From NCBI GenBank assembly GCA_030390025.1, contig CM059432.1, forward strand, positions 89,530,001-89,594,000: a DNA stretch of 64,000 bases. The letters are read 5' to 3'. The DNA comes from Squalus acanthias. Taxonomy: Eukaryota. The notes under the pieces are model-generated. The model did not search any database. It saw only the letters and a list, made by a program, of their open reading frames with translations, and was not told the origin of the DNA. Below are positions 49,445 to 61,101 of the stretch, piece after piece. The first letter of the stretch is position 1. Each line of letters opens with the position of its first letter. A program made the translations under genes and the position numbers.

Positions 49445-50615
49445 TTCAGGAGTATCAAACAATTAGCACAGTAGTCACTCTGGAAGTACATAGGGAAAAA
49501 ATGAACCAAGGCTGCTTGGAGCCCTTAAAAGCAGCTGGATAAATGACGTCAGCAGGGGCGAGTTTCAGACCCAAAAGACTAATTGGGCCAGGGGAGCGCA
49601 CACGCAGGGAATCAATTGCCCAATTAGGGCAAAATCGCAAATTTATCCCGCCTGACAGCGGAGGCGGGAGCGGGACCCGCCGACCACCTGACCCGCACCA
49701 ACCCGCCTCTATTAGTAAAATCGCGGCCTCAAAGTCTTACAATCCTTAGGCAGAATAAACCAAATTTAAGATTGCTTATAGCTGTAAAAACATAGCTATG
49801 GAATAAGAAAAGACCATTAGCTCCATCAAACCAGCTCCTTCCAACATGTAAGTTCGCACTTTCAGGGACTCTATCCAACCTGTTTGATATCCTGAAGGGG
49901 GTGAGTAACCATAGGTACAGTTTCCAAAAACAGAAGGTTCTACAAAATTCACGCACCAGCTCTGGAGATAATTTAGCAAAGAAATTCGCAGATTTAGATC
50001 TGATAGTGCAATTTCTTATTACTCTGTCAGGTTGCATTCCAGAGAAACATGGTCCCTTTAAAACTGCTGAAAGCACCAGAGTCCGGCAGCTGCGGGGATT
50101 TTCTGCACTCCACCCTTCTCCCAGCGTGCTCCATGGTGCAGACAGAAACCCCAATGGGAGCCTGTCAAAAATATGTAAATTTGGCTGGCTCCGGGAAATT
50201 TGCCAGGGAAAGACGCATCTGTCAAGCAAATGGAATTCCCATCCTCCTGAAGAGGAAAATCCCTGGCTTAAGTCCCAAATCATCACTCCTATTCTTCTCA
50301 AACTCCTATCAAATGCATTAATGTTCTTTTTAAAGTAATGTATTCAAAAATAGCACAGTCAAATGTTCAGCTACCCAATTTCAAAACCTGCATTCCTCAA
50401 AAGAGTGCCAATTATATTGGATCCGACAGTGTGTTTGAGAGCAGCAATAAGGGTGAGATCAATATTAGAGATGAGATCAATAGCTCTGGAATTTCCAGCA
50501 CCCGCCTCCTTCCCACCCCCAAACCTCTCCACCCCCCTCTCCTCTTTTAAAACCCTCCTTAAAATCCACCTCTTTGACCAAGCTTTTAGTCACTCCTCCT
50601 AATAAAAAAGAGAAT

Positions 50616-51908
50616 GGCCGGAATTTTAATCGGGAGGTGGATAGGGAGCGGGGTGGGGATTGGGGGGGCGTGGCTAGGAAGCGGTCGGGAAACCCGGGAG
50701 AATGGGTTTCGTGCAGGCCCTGCTGAATTTAACGGCAGGGACTGATTTGTATTTCAAATCTCTGTTTCCCGCCCGCAGCTAGCCAGATTGAGAGGCTGGC
50801 TGGCTGTGGGCATGTAGGCCTGTGTCACTAGGCTGCAGAAAGGAGGGAGGGAGGGATCAGGTGGGTCCGGGGGGGGTGGTCAGGGGCCGGAGGAGGATCG
50901 GGGTGGGGGAGGGAGAGAACATCGGGGCTGGACTCTGAAGCATCGGAGGGGAGGGAGAGAGGATCGGGGCCGGAGCATCTGAGGGGAGGGAGAGAACATT
51001 GGGGTCAGAGCATCGGCGGAGAGGAGGGGGGAGAGGGAGACAACATCCTGGGAGAGAGACAGAACATCAGGGCTGGAGCATCAGGGGGGAGGGAGAGAGG
51101 AGCGGAGCCAGCCTGAGGATCATCGGTCAGGGGGGGAGAGAGGAGCGGAGCCAGCCTGAGGATCATCGGTCAGGGGGAGAGAGGAGCGGAGCCAGCCTGA
51201 GGATCATCGGTCAGGGGGGGAGAGAGGAGCGGGACCGGCCTGAGGATCATCGGTGGGGTGGGCGGGGGGTGGGGGGGGGAGTCCAGGAAGGTGATCGGAG
51301 GCCTCGTGGGGGGGGGGATCGGAGGCCTTGTGGGGGGGGAATCGGAGGCCTCGTGCGGGGAGATCAGAGGCCTCGTGGGGAGGGATCAGAGGCCTCGTGG
51401 GGGGGGATCAGAGGCCTCGTGGGGGGGTATCAGATGCCTCGTTGGGGGGGAATCGGAGGCCTCGTGGGGGGGGATCAGAGGCCTCGTTGGGGGGGGGGAT
51501 CAGAGGCCACGTGGGGGGGGATTCAGAGGCCTCGTTGAGGGTGTCCGATCGCGGGGGTGTGGGTGAGGCAGGGACGCTGGATCCAGGAGGTAAGTGTAAA
51601 AGCACTTATCGCCTGGATCCAGAAGTCCTTGCCTTACTTTAGATGACGGCTTCCCCGAGGCCTGCGGAACCCGACCAGCCAGAGTTAATTTTGCAATGCT
51701 GGTTAAATCTGAGGCATGCCAGTCTCATTATAATATTTAAATAAACTACCCGCCACCTGGGAGCGGGTTGGCTGCTCACTCCCCACCACCCCCTGCCCCC
51801 CCCCCCCCCCCCGGTCCCTCCTCCGTTTAAACCGGAAGTGGGAGGGTTGGAGGTGGGTTGTGGTCGGGATTCAGTTTTTTAACACTTTAACCTCCCACCC
51901 CACCCCAA
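50616..51908. mobile_element. Harbinger-type MITE with internal minisatellites
   Basis: Starts with the TIR-like GGCCGGAATTTTAA. The distal part is collinear with 27930-28135 and 32355-32400. Confidence 0.75.
51095..51540. repeat. Two adjacent minisatellites: about 41 bp (GAGAGGAGCGGAGCCAGCCTGAGGATCATCGGTCAGGGG) x4, then about 20 bp (GATC(A/G)GAGGCCTCGTGGGGGG) x about 12
   Basis: Direct repeats at 51095-51255 and 51290-51540. Confidence 0.9.
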
Positions 51909-52182
51909 TGCAAGTTGCTGTTTGTTTTTTTATGAATGGTATATGCGACTCTCTATGTACATTGGAGGTGAATGCTGCTGCCTCTTAGTACCTCTTAAAC
52001 AATAATTGACACCTCAATGTTTTTCATATGGTTTCTGAATCACAGCTATAAAGCTTCTGATTAGTACAATCTGGATTGGCTACTAGTTTATTTCTTGTAG
52101 AAGTCCATAGCTTATTTGCTGCTTACTGAAGTACTAGCCTTTAATTGTGGCTCCACATAAATTAGTTCACTAAATTCATAAT

Positions 52183-55100
52183 GTTTTTTATTCATTCTTG
52201 GGATATGGACAGCAATGGCAAGGCCAGTGTTTATGGTCCATCTCTAGTTGCTCTTGAGAAGGTGGTGGCGACCCTCTTCTTGAACCACTGCAGTCCGTGT
52301 AAGAACATAAGAAATAGGAGCAGGAATAGGCCACTTGGCCCCTCGAGCCTGCTCCATTCAATAAGATCATGGCTGATCTTGGGCTCAAAGCCACTTCCCC
52401 GCCCGCTCCCCATAACCCTTCACTCCCTTATCTTGCAAAAATTTGTCTATCTCCACCTTAAATGTATTTAATGACCCAGCCTCCACAGCTCTCTGGGACA
52501 GAGAATTCCACAGATTTACGACCCTCTGAGAGAAGAAATTCCTCCTCATCTCAGTTCTAAAAGGGCGACCCTTTATTCTAAAACTGTGCCCCCGTGTTCT
52601 AGATTTCCCCACGAGGGGAAACATCCTCTCTGCATTTACCTTGTCGTGCCCCCTCAGTATCTTATATGTTTCAATAAGATCACCTCTCATTCTTCTAAAT
52701 TCCAATGAGTATAGGCCCAGCCTGCTCAACCTTTCTTCATAAGTCAACCCCCTCATCTCTGGAATTAACCTAGTGAATCGTCTCTGAACTGCCTCTAATG
52801 CAAGTATATCCTTCCTTAAATAAGGAGACCAAAACTGTATGCAGTACTCAAGGTGTGGTCTCACCAATACCCTGTACAGTTGTAGCAGGACTTCCCTGCT
52901 TTTATATTCCAACCCCTTTGAAATAAAGGCCAACATTCCATTTGCCTTTTTGATTACTTGCTGTACCTGCATGCTAACTTTTTGTGTTTCATGCACAAGG
53001 ACCCCCAGGTCCCTCTGAACTGTAGCATTTTGTAATCTCTTTCCATTTAAATAATAATTTGCTTTTTTATTTTTCCTGCCAAAGTGTATAACCTCGCACT
53101 TTCCCACATTATACTCCATCTGCCAAATGTTTGCCCACTCACTTAGCCTGTCTATATCCCTTTGCAGGTTCTTTGAGTCCTCTGCACAACTTGCTTTCCT
53201 ACCCATCTTTGTATCATCTGCAAACTTGGCTACATTACACCCAGTCCCTTCATCCATGTCATTAATGTAGATTGTAAATAGTTGAGGCCCCAGCACCGAT
53301 CCCTGTGGCACCCCACTAGTTACCGTTTGCCAACCGGAAAATGACCCATTTATCCCGACTCTCTGCTTTCTGTGAGTTAGCCAATTCTCTATCCATGCTA
53401 ATATATTACCCCCAATTCCGTGAGCTCTTATCTTATGCAGTAACCTTTTATGTGGCACCTTATCGAATGCCTTCTGGAAATCTAAATACACCACATCCAC
53501 TGGTTCACCTTTGTCCACCCTACTCATTACCTCCTCAAAGAACTCCAGCAAGTTTGTTAAACATGATTTCGCTTTCATAAAACCATGCTGACTCTGCTTG
53601 ACTGCATTATGATTTTCCAAATCCCCTGCTACTGCTTCCTTAATGAAGGACTCCAGCATTTTCCCAATGACAGATGTTAGGCTAACTGGTCTATAGGTTC
53701 CTGCTTTCTGTCTCCCTCCTTTCTTAAATAGGGTGTTACATTTGCAGTTTTCCAATCCACTAGGACCTCTCCAGAGTCCAGGGAATTTTGGTATATTGCA
53801 ACCAATGCATCCACTATCTCTGCAGCCACTTCTTTTAAGACCCTGGGATACAGGCCATCTGGTCCAGGGGACTTGTCATCTTTTAGTCCCATTATTTTAC
53901 CAAGTACTATTTTCTTAGTGATAGTGACTGTCTTTAGCTCCCCCCTCCCTGTGGCCCCTTGATTATCCATTATTGGGATGTTATTAGTGTCTTCTACCGT
54001 GAAGACAGATACAAAATATTTGTTCAGAGTCTCTGCCATTTCCCCTTTCCCCATTATTAATTCCCCAGTCTCATCCTCTAAGGGACCAACATTTACTTTA
54101 GCTACCCTCTTCCTTTTTATATACCTGTAGAAGCTCTTACTATCTGTTTTAATGTTTCTTGCCAGTTTACTCTCATAATTTATCTTCTCTCTATTATTTT
54201 TTGTCATCCTTTGCTGGTTTTTAAAAATTTCCCAATCCTCTGGTCTCCCACCAATCTTGGCAACATTGTATGCCTTCGTTTTCAATTTGATACCATCTTT
54301 ACTTCCTTAGTTAGCCTTGGATGGTGCTCCCTTCTCTTAAAATCTTTCTTTCTCACTGGAATATATTTTTGTTGAGAGTTATGAAATATCTCCTTAAATG
54401 TCTGCCATTGCATTTCAACTGTCTTACCCTTTAATTTATTTTTCCAGTCCACTTTAGCCAGTTCTGCCCTCATGCCAGTGTAATTGCCTTTGTTTAAGAT
54501 CAGGACACTGGTTTGAGATGCAACTTTCTCACTCTCCAACTGAATTTGAAATTCAACCATGCTATGATCACTCTTTCCTAGAGGATCCTTTACTATGAGA
54601 TAATTTATTAATTCTGTCTCATTACATAGTACCAGATCCAAGATAGCCTGCTCCCTGGTTGGTTCCATTACATACTGTTCTAGGAAACCATCCCGGATGC
54701 ACTCTTTGAACTCCTCCTCAAGGCTACCATGGCCAATTTGATGTGTCCAATCAATATGGAGATTAAAATCACCCATGATTATTACCGTACCTTTTTTACA
54801 GGCATCCATTATTTGTTGATTTATACTCTGTGTGGTGAAGGTGCTCCCACAGTGCTGTTAGGTAGAGATTATGACCCAGCATTAATGAAAGAACGGCGAT
54901 ATATGTCCAAGTCAGGATGGTGTGTGACTTGGAGAGGAACTTGGAGGTGATCGTGTTCCCATGTAGCTACAGCCCTTGTCCTTCGGGTTTGGAAGGCGCT
55001 GCTGAAGAAGCCTTGGCGAGTTGCTGTAGACAGTACACACTGTAGCCACGGTACACTGGTGGTGGAGGGAGTAGATGGGGTGCCAATCAAGTGCACTGCT

Positions 55101-55210
55101 TTGTATGGATATTGTTGAACTTCTTTAGTGTTGTTCCAGCTGCACTCAACCAGGCAAGTGGACCGTATTCCATCACACTCCTGACTTGTGCCTTGTAGGT
55201 AGTGGAACAG
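52183..55210 (-). mobile_element. Older copy of the 46862 LINE family, split (52183-52300 and 54830-55210) by a CR1
   Basis: The two halves rejoin as CAGTCCGTGTGGTGAAGG, as seen at about 46970. Confidence 0.85.
52301..54829 (-). mobile_element. CR1 LINE, 2.5 kb: partial APE endonuclease plus RT, two frameshifts
   Basis: MGDFN, PTREQAILDLVL and LGKSDH, then the full RT motif set. GTGT duplicates at 52297-52300 and 54830-54833. Confidence 0.97.
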
Positions 55211-55339
55211 CTATCGCTAAGGATGCCCTGCAGAAATTGTAAAGGGGTATCCCAGTCACTCACCATATTATCCAATGAATACCTGAGCCATACAAACCAA
55301 GAAACTACCAGTTTTGATAGGCAGTCTGTGGTGATATTG

Positions 55340-55600
55340 TTTTTCTCAGTTGGTTCAGTAGTGTGGATGGTACAGCTGGCCTGAGCTCCATTAGATTAGG
55401 GGAGAGAAAATCAGCCTGGGTTCCTGCTCCTAATTGGTATCCAGCAACAAATAGAAAACCACATCTGTGGATGTCACTGAGGACAGGGTCAGGTTTGGCT
55501 GTGATGCCCCACAATAGATTAAATCCACATAAGAAACCGTCAAAGTTCCCACATGACTAAGAGCCACTTGGGTGACGCACTGGAAAGCAAACAGCCCCAG
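55340..55600 (+). repeat. Possible ancient SINE-like repeat remnant
   Basis: AAAATCAGCCTGGGTTCCTGCTCCT and GAGGACAGGGTCAGGTTTGGCTGTGATGCCCC resemble, from memory only, old vertebrate SINE-like repeats. Family not determined. Confidence 0.4.
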
Positions 55601-56163
55601 CAAGAAGTTCATGCCATCAGGAAGGGAGAGAAGAGAATTGGCAGGAAAAAAAGAGAAAAAAAGAGGGAAAAAAAACAACAACCCTCCTGCATGTTCTTAA
55701 ATTCACTTCCTGTTTAAGGTCCTTGTGACTGACACCTGGAAATTGCCCTAAAGGTCTTTACAAACTGGTTGTTTGCCCACACAGATAGGCGCAGAAATTC
55801 AGTTGGAGGGCTTGTGGCTCTGGGGTGAGAGTGAACATCTGCAGCCCCCATGGATTCAAGGTTGATCTTATCCCCAAACCTGGGGTCACTCAACAATCAG
55901 TTGCTTTAAGGAAAGCAACCTTTTAAATTTTAAATGTCATCCCCCTAATGTCTTTAACAATGCTGTACACCAGGCAGATGCAGGCATCCCTTGCACCCTG
56001 TGCTGCTAGAGCCCAAATGGCATTATAATACATTATAATTTTAGGGTGGGTATGTAATGCACCTGCCACCATCACTGCTGGAATTTGCTCTGGGCAGAAA
56101 AAGGGACAGGGATTCGATATTAACAAGGTTGGTCGCCAAGTTGCGTTCCCACTTGCCCACGTT

Positions 56164-56470
56164 GTCACAGAATCCCCACAGTGCAGATAGAGGCCATTTC
56201 GGCCCATTGAGCCTGCACTGACACATATCCCACCCTATCCCCGTAACCCCATGTATTTAATCCCCCTAACACTAAGGGTCAATTTATCATAGCCAAATCA
56301 ACCTAACCCGCACATCTTTGGACTGTGGGAGGAAACCGGAGCACCCGGAGGAAACCCACGCAGACACGGGGAGAATGTGCAAACTCCACACAGACAGTCA
56401 TCCGAGGCCGGACTCGAATCCGGGTCCCTGGCGCTGTGAGGTAACAGTGCTAACCACTATGCCACCGTGT
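56164..56470 (-). mobile_element. HE1-like V-SINE
   Basis: V-domain GGAAACCGGAGCACCCGGAGGAAACCCACGCAGACACGGGGAGAA, tRNA head (GGTGGCATAGTGGTTAGCAC on -) and a CR1-type tail. Confidence 0.9.
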
Positions 56471-57504
56471 GACCCAGATTTGCAGAATTTTGGATCTTTA
56501 AGACAGGCTTTATTGTACTGTACATTTAAACTGAATCAAATGATCGCTGTGTGATGCTTAGTGGAAATGTTCCATTACACAAGCAACAAATTACAATAAT
56601 GGAAATACTGACACATCAAGGAGCTATTCTGTCCCCAGTTGCTGATTAACTTTTGACTGCAATGCAATGACTGGGCTAATGCAAAGTACAACAAGTTGGC
56701 CTCGTGCCAGGCTACAGTAAGGCTTGTTCCATTGCCAAGTTAATGTCTTGTGGTTGTTCCCTGTTGCTCAAGCGGCTGGTGTCCTAATATATCATTACCT
56801 ATTGCTAAGCCAATGATGTCATTATACCACACTCTTTGAATTTGCTTTGGCCATTACACCCACCTGATAACATCATTATAGCCCAGAAACAATTGTAAGT
56901 CAGCAATTAAATAAGCATTATATTCTAAATGTTTCTGAAGTTGGAATTGTCTGAAATTTGAATGACTTTTCTTTTTCATTGCTTGAGCCCTTCACTAGAT
57001 CTTGTCTATATACATGAAATATTACAGCTGTTAAGAGTAAGGATGAGAAGATTATAAAAGGTTCAGTACTTTAGTTCTGTTTTAATCAAATTAGTGAACC
57101 AGATCCATGAACTGCCGTGCCACAATCAAACCGAACGTCTCCATCCCCAAAACGTGTACTGCTATTCCTGTCTATAATGTCCCGTTTTAACCCTTAATAC
57201 AACAGATTAAGATATCCATTTCTACTTCTCCTAACAACCCAACCATATTTATTGCTGCCTGGTACAGATCAGTCTCTTTACATTTCATCTATCCTCCAGA
57301 AGTCCATTCTTAATCTTTATCAAGTACTGATCAATTCAGTCGCATTGCCAGTGCTTCAGCTGTCTTATTACAGGCACAAAAGACTTCTTCACCCAGGAGC
57401 CAATATTTCACTCTAGGCCTCTCCAAATGACATTCCACACTTACCTTTGCAAAAGTTTCATGCACCTCCACTGATCTAAGACTTTTCCACCCCAGGGTCC
57501 ACCC

Positions 57505-57678
57505 CAAAGAAATAGGTGAGGAAATTGCAGATGTATTAGTCATATTTTTCCAAATCTCTCTAGATTCAGGAATTGTGCCTTTGGATTGGAAAATTGCAAG
57601 TGTCACTCTATCATTTAAGAAGGGAAAGAGGGAGAGACCAGATAACTACAGACCTGTCAGTTTAACATCAGCTGTGGG
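57505..57678 (+). mobile_element. CR1 RT fragment
   Basis: PLDWKIASVT..FKKG...NYRPVSLTS. Confidence 0.8.
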
Positions 57679-57724
57679 ACAGCGTGGGGCGGGGCGGGGG
57701 GTTACTGGAATCTATCATCAGAGA

Positions 57725-58150
57725 CAGAGGCCTGATTTTAAAGGGGGCAGGTATGGGGGGGGAGGGGTGGGGGGCAGGCGGGGAGGTGTCAGACACAATT
57801 GGGGATCAGAGGGATCTTGTAGATGTAATTGAGGGGATTCCACTGCGATTGGAGGGAGGCTGACTGGGGAGGCCCAAGGACTCCTTGCGGGGCCTGTGGG
57901 GAGCAGTCCTGCTTCTCCTGGCCCAGAAGAAATTCGCACATAAGTCATTTTCCAACACTCACCATGGTCTGTTCTGGCCAGTCAGCGCCTCCGGTGGTGC
58001 TTCAACTGTCAGGTTGCAGTGGCACCTTTGCATATAAGGTTGGCATCTGCCTGTCTGTAGCAGGAGCCTCAGCCGACTTGAAAGTCGGTGAAGATGAAAT
58101 GGAGCCGGGCGGGAACGGAGTGACCGTAGGCTGGTAAGTGGACTCAGTCT
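57725..58150. mobile_element. Degenerate Harbinger-type MITE fragment
   Basis: GGCCTGATTTTAA start; the core GGAGCAGTCCTGCTTCTCCTGGCCCA is shared with 27890-27910. Confidence 0.5.
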
Positions 58151-58155
58151 AATCT

Positions 58156-58250
58156 TAAATAAAAACAGAAAATGCTGGAAATACTCAGCAGGTCAGGCAG
58201 CATCTGTGGGGAGAGAAGCAGAGTTAGCGTTTCAGGTTGATGACCTTTCG
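58156..58250 (-). mobile_element. Penelope-like remnant (single arm); an older palindromic copy lies at about 58437-58578
   Basis: Near-identical to the arm at 33012-33087, continuing into the antisense of GAAAGGTCATCAACCTGAAAC. Confidence 0.75.
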
Positions 58251-61101
58251 CAGGCCAACTGTTTTCAGTGAGGGTAATGGCGGAACTGCGCCAAAGTCCC
58301 ATGAAAATATGGAATGGCGTAATTAATAACGTAAGTCACTTAATCCGTAATTTGCTCTTTCTTTTGCACTGTTCAATGGTCCCGACGGTGCAGATGTCCC
58401 ATTACATTTGTACAAGTGCTCAGGACAATCTGGGCCAAAATGCTGGAAATACACAGTAAGTCCGTCAGCGAAGGATGAGATAGGTTAACATGAAGGGTCT
58501 GAAATATTCATCTGTCTTTTCTCTTTACAGGGGCTGATGGAACTGGCATGGTTTTTCCAGCATGTTCTGTTCTTATTTATTCAATTTGGTCCATGTTTGT
58601 TTTGGTCAGCCATATTGCTGAACTTTAGATATCAGTCTCAATTACAGGAGTGTACACAAAGACAGGGATTCTGTGGAATAAATTTGTGCAAATAAAAGAT
58701 AAATATAATCAGCATATCATAAATGTTTCTGATAGGCAAAGTTTATAAAAGAAACTTCAGTATTGGTGGTGATAAAACCTGAACACTGGCAACAGTTTAA
58801 GCTTGTAAAGAAAAGCATGCAACTGTAAACAGTCAGTGATCATTCAGTAATATCTGAACATTTATTTTCACCGAGCATGCCTGAAATGCTGTGTTTGTGC
58901 TGTGAGCCACTGACAGTCTGCTACTTCTGAACTCAGTGTCCTGTGTTGTTATTGGTTCTGCTGAGTAGGTAAGCAAAATTTAGCAGTTGAAATCCTCATT
59001 GTGTAAAATGTTTGACTTCTTGCATTTGATCTACTACTGTATTCAAACATGATTTTTTACAATCTTAATTTCTATCTAAACTAAATTAGTATCATGCAGA
59101 TAATGCATTAAGCAGAAAATAATGGTTGAGCAAGATTGATTGGGAGAAAATAGTCTCATCGACCAGTTCAGATGGCTTTACAAACATCTGAAAGTGATAT
59201 TCAAGCAGTTTATCTCATCTGAACCAAAGATGCGACTACTTTCATTGTGTTCCCCATCTCATCTATTTACCCATTTTCAAAATTATTTATAACAGTGTTA
59301 TTTTAATCCTAAAAATGAATCCTGATTCATTGTGATGTGGTAGGAGACTGTTTATTAACAATAGGTGTGATGGGAGACTCTGAATGAATTTAGTTGATTC
59401 ATGATAACATCATTACTGAAAGATTACACTTGTGATGTGATCATTGTGAGATTTCTAAATTTAATCTTCAATAAATGACTGAGAAATAAATTTGCTCTAT
59501 ATTATTTTTTATATAAACTGTTACCTGAAAGTGATTAAAAAGCAGTAATCTAATTGAATAGTTCAAATTATGTCATGCACCACCAGAATGAAGCTCAATC
59601 CTGAGATTAGGTTAGACTCTGATATATTTGTTTATATATATGTTGGCTTTGCATCGCTGATGAGAAGCCATGCCAATGACAACCCCTAATATAAATCCAG
59701 GGGGGGTGGGGGGGGCACACTGCACATGATTTTCTGGCCATTAGTTTAAATACCCTTTCACTGATATAACTTACAGGGCACAATCAGTCTTTTGAACTTT
59801 GATATTTACAGACGCATCCACAAAATACTAAATAATAATTCTGAATCTTATGCATAAATCTGTAAGATAGCAGAAAGCCAGAAGGGAATTGAAGTTTCTG
59901 ATACACTTTCTTGTTCAATTTTCATTTCTGCTTCAGCTTTGCTATAACGGTTTCTGGCATTAGCCAACCCCCAAATTACAGCACTCCACCTGTGTAGCTC
60001 TCTCCTAAACACTCATTAGCATTTCTTAGCTGATCGATGATTTGTGATTCCAAATAATGAGAGAACAGGAAAATTGTAAAAGTGTCATTTTCTAGAACAA
60101 GCTTAAAAGGCACAGATCTATCTATCTATCTATCTTATATTAGAAGTGGTTTGTCAACTTGGTTTTGTCACACTCCCTGTGTCACACCTGCACATTGAAA
60201 CTCAGAATCACACTTTGATATATGCAACGTTCTTACATTCAAAATCTTCCAGTTGCAGATTTCTTATATCCCAATTTCTTGTAGTTGATTTACTAATATG
60301 CAAATTTCGTGCAATTCAATGCAATTCTTTCCAGCTGATTGGTTTATATGCAATCTTATTAATTTATTTTCTTAATTACCCTCAGTCTTACAATTGCAGA
60401 TTTAAAACAAGGCTTCTAACATAATTAAACATTAAAAATTATATATGCCATGATTAAATGTAACTATATTAGATATAAAACCTGCTGTCTTTAAAGAAGT
60501 AATGATACAGCCTTCTGAAGACTTCTCCTAGGACTCAGACAAAGTCTGCGGACAGTCAAAGCCCGTGAACTCAGTCATTTTTTGATTGAATAAGTCATAC
60601 GGGTAATGTATCTCTCTTTTCTACGGGCTTAAGTTAAATCAGGTGCAATTCTGGTGTAAATGATGGAATTTCTGGGAAAGCAGCTTTTGCCCTCATTATC
60701 CTTGTTCACTTTGGGACAGGCACGCTTTTTGTTAGCAGCAACTTCTACCAGAAGTTAGCGCATATTCAGATGGATTAAACTGAGGCATATCTGACTGATG
60801 CTTGAAGTTCCAGCCCGCTCTGCCGGAACTAACCCACTTCTGCCCAAAAAAAGACCATGGAATTTCAGGCCCCAGGGACCTGCCTCTCCCTGGTGCATTT
60901 TGTCTCCCATCTTGATGTGTATCCTTTATCCTTAAAAAAGGAAAAAAAAGGAAATCATCATATAAATATAAATAAATCCTTTGATTTACATGAAAAAATT
61001 TGATCCCCAAAAGATTTCTTAAATTACCAGACCATCATGCAACAAAACACAATTTTACTTATTCATCCAACATAAATGAATGGCTCTGATAATAATATCT
61101 T

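Larger units (their letters stand above)
45250..49728 (+). mobile_element. PIF/Harbinger transposon copy 4 (close relative of copy 2), TCA target duplication
   Basis: TIRs GGGCTCGATTTTAC and GTAAAATCGCGGCC match 12/14. TCA at 45247-45249 and 49729-49731. Confidence 0.95.

Noticed and set aside
49729..50602. Overlapping 70-190 aa ORFs
   Set aside because: No recognisable motifs; the region includes MITE-like and L2 tail remnants.
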